Shown here piece by piece: positions 39,601 to 51,600 of a stretch of 64,000 bases of DNA; position 1 is the first letter of the stretch; each line of letters opens with the position of its first letter. Source of the DNA: Macrostomum hystrix. Taxonomy: Eukaryota; Animalia; Platyhelminthes. The stretch is taken from assembly GCA_950097015.1 (NCBI GenBank), contig CATNEN010000034.1, forward strand, positions 558,001-622,000. The letters run 5' to 3'. The notes beneath the pieces were generated by a model. The model searched no databases. It saw only the letters and a program-made list of their open reading frames with translations, and was not told the origin of the DNA. Position numbers and translations under genes: made by a program.

Positions 39601-42600
39601 GACATGTGGGAATTGGGATGAGTTTACACTATGACTTGTGGGAATTGGGATGAGTTCACACTATGACTTGTGGGAATTGGGATGAGTTCACACTGACTTG
39701 TGGGAATTGGGATGAGTTCACACTGTGACTTGTGGGAATTGGGATGAGTTCACACTGTGACTTGTGGGAATTGGGATGAGTTCACTCTGTGACTTGTGGG
39801 AATTGGGATGAGTTCACACTGTGACTTGTGGGAATTGGGATGAGTTCACACTGTGACATGTGGGAATTGGGATGAGTTCACACTGTGACATGTGGGAATT
39901 GGGATGAGTTCACACTATGACTTGTGGGAATTGGGATGAGTTCACACTGTGACTTGTGGGAATTGGGATGAGTTCACACTGTGACTTGTGGGAATTGGGA
40001 TGAGTTCACACTGTGACTTGTGGGAATTGGGATGAGTTCACTCTGTGACTTGTGGGAATTGGGATGAGTTCACACTGTGACTTGTGGGAATTGGGATGAG
40101 TTCACACTGTGACATGTGGGAATTGGGATGAGTTCACACTGTGACATGTGGGAATTGGGATGAGTTCACACTATGACTTGTGGGAATTGGGATGAGTTCA
40201 CACTGTGACTTGTGGGAATTGGGATGAGTTCACACTGTGACTTGTGGGAATTGGGATGAGTTCACACTGTGACATGTGGGAATTGGGATGAGTTCACACT
40301 GTGACATGTGGGAATTGGGATGAGTTCACACTGTGACTTGTGGGAATTGGGATGAGTTCACACTATGACTTGTGGGAATTGGGATGAGTTCACACTGTGA
40401 CATGTGGGAATTGGGATGAGTTCACACTGTGACTTGTGGGAATTGGGATGAGTTCACACTATGACTTGTGGGAATTGGGATGAGTTCACACTATGACATG
40501 TGGGAATTGGGATGAGTTCACACTGTGACATGTGGGAATTGGGATGAGTTTACACTGTGACTTGTGGGAATTGGGATGAGTTCACACTATGACTTGTGGG
40601 AATTGGGATGAGTTCACACTGACTTGTGGGAATTGGGATGAGTTCACACTGTGACTTGTGGGAATTGGGATGAGTTCACACTGTGACATGTGGGAATTGG
40701 GATGAGTTCACACTGTGACATGTGGGAATTGGGATGAGTTCACACTGTGACTTGTGGGAATTGGGATGAGTTCACACTATGACTTGTGGGAATTGGGATG
40801 AGTTCACACTGTGACATGTGGGAATTGGGATGAGTTCACACTGTGACTTGTGGGAATTGGGATGAGTTCACACTATGACTTGTGGGAATTGGGATGAGTT
40901 CACACTATGACATGTGGGAATTGGGATGAGTTCACACTGTGACATGTGGGAATTGGGATGAGTTTACACTATGACTTGTGGGAATTGGATGAGTTCACAC
41001 TATGACTTGTGGGAATTGGGATGAGTTCACACTGACTTGTGGGAATTGGGATGAGTTCACACTGTGACTTGTGGGAATTGGGATGAGTTCACACTGTGAC
41101 TTGTGGGAATTGGGATGAGTTCACTCTGTGACTTGTGGGAATTGGGATGAGTTCACACTGTGACTTGTGGGAATTGGGATGAGTTCACACTGTGACATGT
41201 GGGAATTGGGATGAGTTCACACTGTGACATGTGGGAATTGGGATGAGTTCACACTATGACTTGTGGGAATTGGGATGAGTTCACACTGTGACTTGTGGGA
41301 ATTGGGATAAGTTCACACTGTGACATGTGGGAATTGGGATGAGTTCACACTGTGACATGTGGGAATTGGGATGAGTTCACACTGTGACATGTGGGAATTG
41401 GGATGAGTTCACACTGTGACTTGTGGGAATTGGGATGAGTTCACACTGTGACATGTGGGAATTGGGATGAGTTCACACTGTGACATGTGGGAATTGGGAT
41501 GAGTTCACACTATGACTTGTGGGAATTGGGATGAGTTCACACTGTGACTTGTGGGAATTGGGATGAGTTCACACTGTGACTTGTGGGAATTGGGATGAGT
41601 TCACACTGTGACATGTGGGAATTGGGATGAGTTCACACTGTGACATGTGGGAATTGGGATGAGTTCACACTGTGACTTGTGGGAATTGGGATGAGTTCAC
41701 ACTATGACTTGTGGGAATTGGGATGAGTTCACACTGTGACATGTGGGAATTGGGATGAGTTCACACTGTGACTTGTGGGAATTGGGATGAGTTCACACTA
41801 TGACTTGTGGGAATTGGGATGAGTTCACACTATGACATGTGGGAATTGGGATGAGTTCACACTGTGACATGTGGGAATTGGGATGAGTTTACACTGTGAC
41901 TTGTGGGAATTGGGATGAGTTCACACTATGACTTGTGGGAATTGGGATGAGTTCACACTGACTTGTGGGAATTGGGATGAGTTCACACTGTGACTTGTGG
42001 GAATTGGGATGAGTTCACACTGTGACATGTGGGAATTGGGATGAGTTCACACTGTGACATGTGGGAATTGGGATGAGTTCACACTGTGACTTGTGGGAAT
42101 TGGGATGAGTTCACACTATGACTTGTGGGAATTGGGATGAGTTCACACTGTGACATGTGGGAATTGGGATGAGTTCACACTGTGACTTGTGGGAATTGGG
42201 ATGAGTTCACACTATGACTTGTGGGAATTGGGATGAGTTCACACTATGACATGTGGGAATTGGGATGAGTTCACACTGTGACATGTGGGAATTGGGATGA
42301 GTTTACACTATGACTTGTGGGAATTGGGATGAGTTCACACTATGACTTGTGGGAATTGGGATGAGTTCACACTGACTTGTGGGAATTGGGATGAGTTCAC
42401 ACTGTGACTTGTGGGAATTGGGATGAGTTCACACTGTGACTTGTGGGAATTGGGATGAGTTCACTCTGTGACTTGTGGGAATTGGGATGAGTTCACACTG
42501 TGACTTGTGGGAATTGGGATGAGTTCACACTGTGACATGTGGGAATTGGGATGAGTTCACACTGTGACATGTGGGAATTGGGATGAGTTCACACTATGAC

Positions 42601-45600
42601 TTGTGGGAATTGGGATGAGTTCACACTGTGACTTGTGGGAATTGGGATAAGTTCACACTGTGACATGTGGGAATTGGGATGAGTTCACACTGTGACATGT
42701 GGGAATTGGGATGAGTTCACACTGTGACATGTGGGAATTGGGATGAGTTCACACTGTGACTTGTGGGAATTGGGATGAGTTCACACTATGACTTGTGGGA
42801 ATTGGGATGAGTTCACACTGTGACATGTGGAAATTGGGATGAGTTTACACTATGACTTGTGGGAATTGGGATGAGTTCACACTATGACTTGTGGGAATTG
42901 GGATGAGTTCACACTGTGACATGTGGGAATTGGGATGAGTTAACACTGTGACTTGTGGGAATTGGGATGAGTTCACACTGTGACATGTGGGAATTGGGAT
43001 GAGTTAACACTGTGACATGTGGGAATTGGGATGAGTTAACACTGTGACATGTGGGAATTGGGATGAGTTCACACTGTGACTTGTGGGAATTGGGATGAGT
43101 TCACACTGTGACTTGTGGGAAATAATTTTTTTTAGATTTTCTGTTATGCTAGTAAAATGTGATCCATTTCTCGGGAAATGGTGTTAACGAATAGTCCTTG
43201 GACAAAATCGAAGACATTCGATAGAATCTAGAAGTCATGCTAGATTGAAAGAAATTAGAATAACTAACGGAACTATATAGAGGGCATAGTCACTGTGATC
43301 TGTCATGTGAAACTCTACACATGCAGGCAGTCTGTGTGTGTGTGTGTATGTGTGTGTGTGTGTGTGTGTGTGGGCGTCGCAGAACAATGGAATGAGTCGG
43401 TTGCAAGCCCCCAAAAAGCAATATCAGGGCATGCGCACAGGTAGAAAAATGAGTGTGACAGTTTTTAGATTTCTCCCATTTTTTTCTCTGCTGCTTGCCC
43501 ATCAGTGCGACAGATATTAGCGACTTGAAAAGCTGCCGTTTCCATGGCAACAAACTCAAAGCATTGAACTCAAAGTCTGATCAAAACTGTGTAGATTTCT
43601 GAGAAAAGGCCGAGGGAGGGGGCAGAATAAAAGTGCGAACGAATCGGCGCACTCTAAAAATAGATTCTGAAAGCAGCCAGCCAGACAGGCTTATTGACAC
43701 AGCCAAGCTTGCCTAGGTAGAGAGCATGGCGTGAGAGCATTGTGGGCGGTACACAGACACACTCACTCACTCACTGAATCCGACTCGATTTTCTTCGTGG
43801 AAAGAAAACCTCCTGGCTAGATATTATTTCTTGAGTCTCAAGCAATGCCTGACAATGCCTGATATTTGGCGACATTTTAGTCTAGATTTGTTCCCTTTTT
43901 AACGAAAAATTCTATTGGAATGGAGAAGTTTATTCAAATGCACTATTGAGCAGCTAGTCAAATAGCTAATATTGTACTAACACCCACGTTTCTACCGGCC
44001 AAACCGTCTGGACTAACTCAGAAATCAAAGAATAGATACACCTTTCGGTTTGGGCCCTTGCTCAAATATTGCTTTCAAATATAACTCGACTGTCTTTCAC
44101 GACACATCACTTCATTCTGTCCCTTGCTTTCTGAACTATCCAGTGATTCAGTGCACCTGTATGAACTATCCAGTGATTCAGTACACCTGTATGAACTATC
44201 CAGTGATTCAGTACACCTGTATGAACTATCCAGTGATTCAGTACACCTGTATGAACTATCCAGTGATTCAGTACACCTGTATGAACTATCCAGTGATTCA
44301 GTACACCTGTATGAACTATCCAGTGATTCAGTACACCTGTATGAACTATCCAGTGATTCAGTACACCTGTATAAACTATCCAGTGATTCAGTACACCTGT
44401 ATGAACTATCCAGTGATTCAGTACACCTGTATGAACTATCCAGTGATTCAGTACACCTGTATGAACTATCCAGTGATTCAGTACACCTGTATGAACTATC
44501 CAGTGATTCAGTACACCTGTATGAACTATCCAGTGATTCAGTACACCTGTATGAACTATCCAGTGATTCAGTACACCTGTATGAACTATCCAGTGATTCA
44601 GTACACCTGTATGAACTATCCAGTGATTCAGTACACCTGTATGAACTATCCAGTGATTCAGTACACCTGTATGAACTATCCAGTGATTCAGTACACCTGT
44701 ATGAACTATCCAGTGATTCAGTACACCTGTATGAACTATCCAGTGATTCAGTACACCTGTATGAACTATCCAGTGATTCAGTGCACCTGTATGAACTATC
44801 CACTGATTCAGTGCACCTTCATTAGCTTTCCAATGGGGCAGTACATCTGCATGAACTCTATAGTACTAAGAATTAAGGGATGGATAGGGGTACTAGCTTA
44901 ACCTGCACCTAAATAATTGAATAATCGCATTCAAGGGTATAAAGTGCAATCCAAAAGGTTAAACCCAAGGGAATGAAGCTTTGAAGCGTGCTTAGAAACG
45001 CTAGCATCGATTTATTAAGACGTTTGTCCCGACAGGAAAATGCACACTCCAACTCCAATACACCCAGTGCTAGAATGGAAAGAAGTAGAGACAGACAGAC
45101 AGACAGACAGACTGGCAGACTGGCTGGCAGGGGTAGCCACGCGACACACGTGACTGACAGCACTAAGGAACAGGACTATGGATTATTAAGAGACAAAGTA
45201 AATGTAGAACGACATCTCTCTTTGGCTGAAGGTGGCGGCAGCAGGGCTTGGGGAGAGCTGCCCGGTATCTGGGCGGAAAGGATGCGCAAGGGATGCGCGG
45301 CATCGTGTTTCTTGGAAAAAGGAAAAACAACAAGATCCCAGATCGCAAATCCCAGATCGCAGATCCCAGATCGCAGATCACAGATCGCAGATCCCAGATC
45401 GCAGATCCCAGATCGCAGATCCCAGATCGCAGATCCCAGATCGCAGATCCCAGATCGCAGATCCCAGATCGCAGATCACAGATCGCAGATCCCAGATCGC
45501 AGATCCCAGATCGCAGATCCCAGATCGCAGATCCCAGATCGCAGATCCCAGATCGCAGATCCCAGATCGCAGATCCCAGATCGCAGATCCCAGATCGCAG

Positions 45601-48600
45601 ATCCCAGATCGCAGATCCCAGATCGCAGATCCCAGATCGCAGATCCCAGATCGCAGATCCCAGATCGCAGATCCCAGATCGCAGATCCCAGATCGCAGAT
45701 CCCAGATCGCAGATCCCAGATCGCAGATCCCAGATCGCAGATCCCAGATCGCAGATCCCAGATCGCAGATCCCAGATCGCAGATCCCAGATCGCAGATCC
45801 CAGATCGCAGATCCCAGATCGCAGATCCCAGATCGCAGATCCCAGATCGCAGATCCCAGATCGCAGATCCCAGATCGCAGATCCCAGATCGCAGATCCCA
45901 GATCGCAGATCCCAGATCGCAGATCCCAGATCGCAGATCCCAGATCGCAGATCCCAGATCGCAGATCCCAGATCGCAGATCCCAGATCGCAGATCCCAGA
46001 TCGCAGATCCCAGATCGCAGATCCCAGATCGCAGATCCCAGATCGCAGATCCCAGATCGCAGATCCCAGATCGCAGATCCCAGATCGCAGATCCCAGATC
46101 GCAGATCCCAGATCGCAGATCCCAGATCGCAGATCCCAGATCGCAGATCCCAGATCGCAGATCCCAGATCGCAGATCCCAGATCGCAGATCCCAGATCGC
46201 AGATCCCAGATCGCAGATCCCAGATCGCAGATCCCAGATCGCAGATCCCAGATCGCAGATCCCAGATCGCAGATCCCAGATCGCAGATCCCAGATCGCAG
46301 ATCCCAGATCGCAGATCCCAGATCGCAGATCCCAGATCGCAGATCCCAGATCGCAGATCCCAGATCGCAGATCCCAGATCGCAGATCCCAGATCGCAGAT
46401 CCCAGATCGCAGATCCCAGATCGCAGATCCCAGATCGCAGATCCCAGATCGCAGATCCAGATCGCAGATCCCAGATCGCAGATCCCAGATCGCAGATCCC
46501 AGATCGCAGATCCCAGATCGCAGATCCCAGATCGCAGATCCCAGATCGCAGATCCCAGATCGCAGATCCCAGATCGCAGATCCCAGATCGCAGATCCCAG
46601 ATCGCAGATCCCAGATCGCAGATCCCAGATCGCAGATCCCAGATCCCAGATCGCAGATCCCAAGTACAAGCACTCATGTCTAGAGTAGTTGCACTAGTGC
46701 AAGAGAACCTTTCATTTTATGTCTGCTGAGAAAAAATGCCTGGAAAGTTTTCTAGACAGCTTTTTCAATAAAAATTTTTTTCTTGACTTTTCTACTGATT
46801 TCGTGGCAGTGACAGTCTGGCTGGAAGCCAGTGCGAATTTTGAGACTGAAATTCAGACACATTTTGAACGAAGTTCTCAGATGCACATAAATGGAATGAA
46901 TTGAAAATTCAATTGTTTTAGGATAAAAACCATTCAAAGTACAGCCACCATACAAAAACATAACACCAGGGCCGATAATGCAGCTCCATCCATCCATGAG
47001 GTGACCGTAGACCGATTCTGCCCCCTCCGCTGACTCCTGAGCACACACGCACACAGATACCGTCCGCAGGCATACACTCACACAGGTGTGTACATCTGGT
47101 CTGACTTTCTCATTGTCAGGCAGTGTACAGTCTCTCTTGTGCCTTGGGGTTGATCCTCATGGTCGTAAATTTCACTTCAAGCCCCAAAAGGCCTTCTCTT
47201 TGTGGCTCAAATGAATGTGGCCTTGCCAAGCTCAGGGACCTTGGTGCGGCAAACACATTAACCCTTCTGCCACCCAGCCCATACTTGCAACCAAGGTAGC
47301 GCATAATCCCAGATCCATTAACCCAGATCAGCTTATCGCAGATCCATTATCCCAGATCAGTTAATCCTAGATCCATTAACCCAGATCAGTTTATCGCAGA
47401 TCCATTATCCCAGATCAGTTAATCCTAGATCCATTATCCCAGATTCATTATCCCAGATCAGTTAATCCAAGATCTATTATCCCAGATCCATTATCCCAGA
47501 TCAGTTAATCCCAGATCAGTTTATCCCAGATCCATTATCCCAGATCCATTATCCCAGATCCATTATCCCAGATCCATTATCCCAGATTAGTTAATCCCAG
47601 ATCCATTATCTCAGATCTATTTTTCACACTTCAATTTCACAAGAGGTCCCCATTTTATTTATCCAAGATCGATAATCCCTGATCAATTTATCCCAAATCA
47701 ATTATCCTAGGTCCATTTTTTTAGATGGATTATCCCAGATTGATAATCTTACATTTGCCGCAGCCGATGTCGCCTTCAAAGATGAAGCTCTTTAACGACT
47801 CGTTGACCATGTAACGCTTCAAAAACCGCAGCTCCCAAACAGCCAACTGCTTGCAGGCCTCCGCTGGCTCGCTGTAGAAGCAGACCCGGCTGCCCTGCAC
47901 GTGCAGGCGCCCATCCGAGCCCTCGGGAATCGGCTGCAGCTTGCAGCCGGACTCGCACTTGCTGAACCTTGCGCGGTAGCTTACGTCTGCGGAGTTCAAA
48001 AATCACTTGCAGTGAGACTTTACAGGGAGATCTCCCTCGCATAATCACACTGTAACTGTGAGATCTCACTCTCATAATCACACTGCAGCTGTGAGATCTC
48101 ACTCTCACAATCGCACTGCAGCTGTGAGATCTCACTCTCATAATCACACTGCAGCTGTGAGATCTCATTCTCACAATCACACTGCAGCTGTGAGATCTCA
48201 CTCTCACAATCACACTGCAGCTGTGAGATCTCACTCTCACAATCACACTGCAGCTGTGAGATCTCACTCTCATAATCACACTGTAACTGTGAGATCTCAT
48301 TCTCACAATCACACAGTAGCTGTGAGATCTCACTCTCACAATCACACTGCAGCTGTGAGATCTCACTCTCACAATCACACTGCAGCTGTGAGATCTCACT
48401 CTCACAATCACACTGCAGCTGTGAGATCTCACTCTTTGAGGTTGTAAGTTTAAGATCTCACTTCTTTGGAGAATGCAACTGTGAGATCTCAATTTTAATC
48501 AGAGATATCAAACTTGTCAATCATAAAAGACATTCACTGTTCCAAATCCTATATTTTTCTATTTGCTCCGCAATCCAAAAGTCCGATAGTCTAATCCAAA

Positions 48601-51600
48601 AAGTATTAAGAATGTAGAAGTTTCACCAGAATGACATAAGGACAATGCAGCAATGTTCGTCTTGAACCTTTCACTGCAGTGCCTAATGCAGCTAAATAAA
48701 AATTCCTGACAAAGATGGCAAACGCGGCGACACTAAAAGCTCTATTGAGAGAGAGAGTGGGCGATCTGCCGCGCGCTTTGTTCTTTGTTTTATCACTTTG
48801 TTTTACTGCGTTAACAACTAATCTGGGTGTGCGCCGTTCTCTACAAACTATATTAAACCTCCGAGCTTATTTCGGCATGTACCGTTGTCTTCATTTAGAA
48901 CAAAAAATACTCCAACGGGGGATACAATCAACTTTACCAGATAGCAGCTGTTCTAACTGTTGTCCCATAGCAACTTGCTTTCCTTCTTCCACATTGCTGG
49001 CACTCGAACCCTCTGTTCCAAATCCCAAGCTGTAACTTTTGGCGCACAATTACTATTTGCCATTGGGAGTTAGTTTAACATATCCTAACAGAAATATTGG
49101 GGCAAAATTGAATTCAAACACGAGACGGTCGAACCAATCTTGGCATTGTTCTTTCTTTCGTGACCTGCTTGGACTCACTCTCGGGGTACTAAGCGCACAC
49201 TGTCATATCACAAAACTGACCGCTCTCTGCCCACTAAATGGTCCGATCCTGTACCACCCAGTTTTGTCGAATGCTTTTGTCAAATGCTTTTGTTCTATTT
49301 TTGTCCTATCTTTTCCTCTCCTGTCATATTTTGTCCTCATCTGTCATATTTTATTCTATCCTGTCAATTTTAGTCCTACGAGCATCAAGTCAATTTTAGT
49401 CCTCTACTTTCATATTTTGTCCTATCCTGTCCTCTTTTGTCCTTTCCTGTACTTTCTTGTCTTATTTTGTCCTATCCTGTCATATTTTGTCCAATTTTGT
49501 CTATGCCAAACAATCTAGTCCTATCCTGTCCTATACTTTACCTATATCACACCATATCTAGCTCTGTTCAATTTTGTGCAATACTTTGCATCCCAGTCGT
49601 TTCAGATTATGTCCTATCCTGTTTTGTATTGTACTCTCATGTTATATCTTATAGTCATATTGCCACCCTATTTTGTCCCGTCCAATCCTATTTTGTCCTG
49701 TCCAATCCTATTTTGTCCTGTCCAATCCTGTTTTGTCCTGTCCAATCCTGTTTTTTCCTGTCCAATCCTGTTTTGTCCTGTCCAATCCTATTTTGTCCTG
49801 TCCAATCCTATTTTGTCCTGTCCAATCCTATTTTGTCCTGCCATGTCCTTATCCAGTCTCGACTCATACGACAGAGACAGAAGTCTGAGACGCGACAGAT
49901 TCTAGTATCCACAGCGTCGCAGTCGCAAATTATCTGAACTGTCAGAAAATGACAGCACCGAGGAAAACGAGCCGATGGTTAAAATAGATTCGAGTAGCAG
50001 CTGCCACTAGATCCATGTTTTATAATCCCCGAGATAGAACAGCCAAAGCGCCAACTTCTACATGTTGTTACAGGCAAGCTGATAGCTGATAAAGGCTTCA
50101 CATAACGATAAGGCTGTTTTACTGCATTTATAGATAGGTGGATTGGAGGGAAACCGCTTTGCCACCGATTGGAGGGAAATCGCCAAGGCACAGATGCGGG
50201 CTGTTTGTCAGGAAATTTTTTTACAGTGAGACGTTTTTGTCGGCAATCGGGGAATGAGAACACGTGTCTTTTCTGGTTAGAAATTATTTGGGGTTGTAAA
50301 ATTCATAGAATGAAATTGCTTTGAATTATAGAGCTTTTAGATTTCAGAATTAAGGAATTAAGATTATTTGGGATTATAGAACCTCGGAATAAATTAGCTT
50401 AGCATTTCCGAATTTAGATTTTTTTAATTTGAAATTTAGGAATTAAAGGCGTGCGAAAATGCTAAAGGTGCGCGCAGGAATCATTCTTTGCTTAGCGCTG
50501 CAATTCATTAGGTCACCGAAAAGCAAAGCCAAACGAGACTTTGACGGAATCGCATTCACTTTCCTAGAGCAGTAGTCGTGGCCATTTTTAAGAGCAAATA
50601 TCCTGTCTAACAGGTGAGCATCCTGTCTAACAGGTGAGCTTCCTGTCTAACAGGTGAGCTTCCTGTCTAACAGGTGAGCATCCCTGACTAACAGGTGAGC
50701 ATCCCTGTCTAACAGGTGAGCATCCTGTCTAACAGGTGAGCATCCCTGACTAACAGGTGAGCATCCCTGTCTAACAGGTGAGCATCCCTGTCTAACAGGT
50801 GAGCATGCTGTCTAACAGATGAGCATCCTGTCTAACAGGTGAGCATCCTGTCTAACAGGTGAGCATCCCTGACTAACAGGTGAGCATCCTGTCTAACAGG
50901 TGAGCATCCCTGTCTAATAGGCCGAGGCCGAACAGGTGACTTGTAATCTACCAGGTATGCACCATTTTTTACTATATTTAACAGAATGGCAAGCATAGTG
51001 TTAATACGCCTGTACAATTTTGCCTTCTCGCTCCATCTCCATTTCCGTTATAGATAGATAAATGCAGAATTATTCCATGACCAATAAAAAATATCTTTCA
51101 TCTAACCATAAATTATTTCTTTGATCTATAGTCATGTGAAGCGGAAATAAACCAGGGAAGAACATTTTTTGCAGCAATGGATCGTGATGCTGTGGGGGGG
51201 CAAATAATGGGAAAGTTTCTGCTCCTGCACTGGAATGTGCAGGTGCAAGCATAGTGTAGAGTCAATACAATAGGTAAGCAAGAACACCCGGACTGTACTG
51301 AGCCATAGACTCTTAAATAAAAATAGCATCTGGACTGGAAGCGAGAGAGTATAGTTTTCGTTCCGTGCACTTTCATCCCAACGAATTTGTGGAGAATTCG
51401 CTGGACACCAACACTTAGCGCAACACTAAGCGATACCTTAAAGCAGGAGCCGTACCGTTCGTATTTTTCATTGCTCCATTGTACCAATCGCAAGATGCGA
51501 AAGCACCAAAGACAGCAGCGGCAACATCTTTCAATCGTCTAGATGTGGAGAACGCTACCCTGCAAAGCCGAGTCGACTTTTTTCCAGGAGGCTGGTTCAA

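Noticed and set aside
38907-43120. CRISPR-like appearance of regular ~32-bp repeats
   Set aside because: Units are head-to-tail with no unique spacers, there are no cas genes, and the context is a eukaryotic intron.
44050-46729. ORFs MNYPVIQYTC and RSQIADP/SGICDLG up to 566 aa
   Set aside because: 30-bp and 14-bp perfect tandem arrays.
49979-50263. Minus-strand ORF with faint THAP-like FSFPDC...KFP...W
   Set aside because: No convincing CSxHF or AVP motifs; too weak to call.
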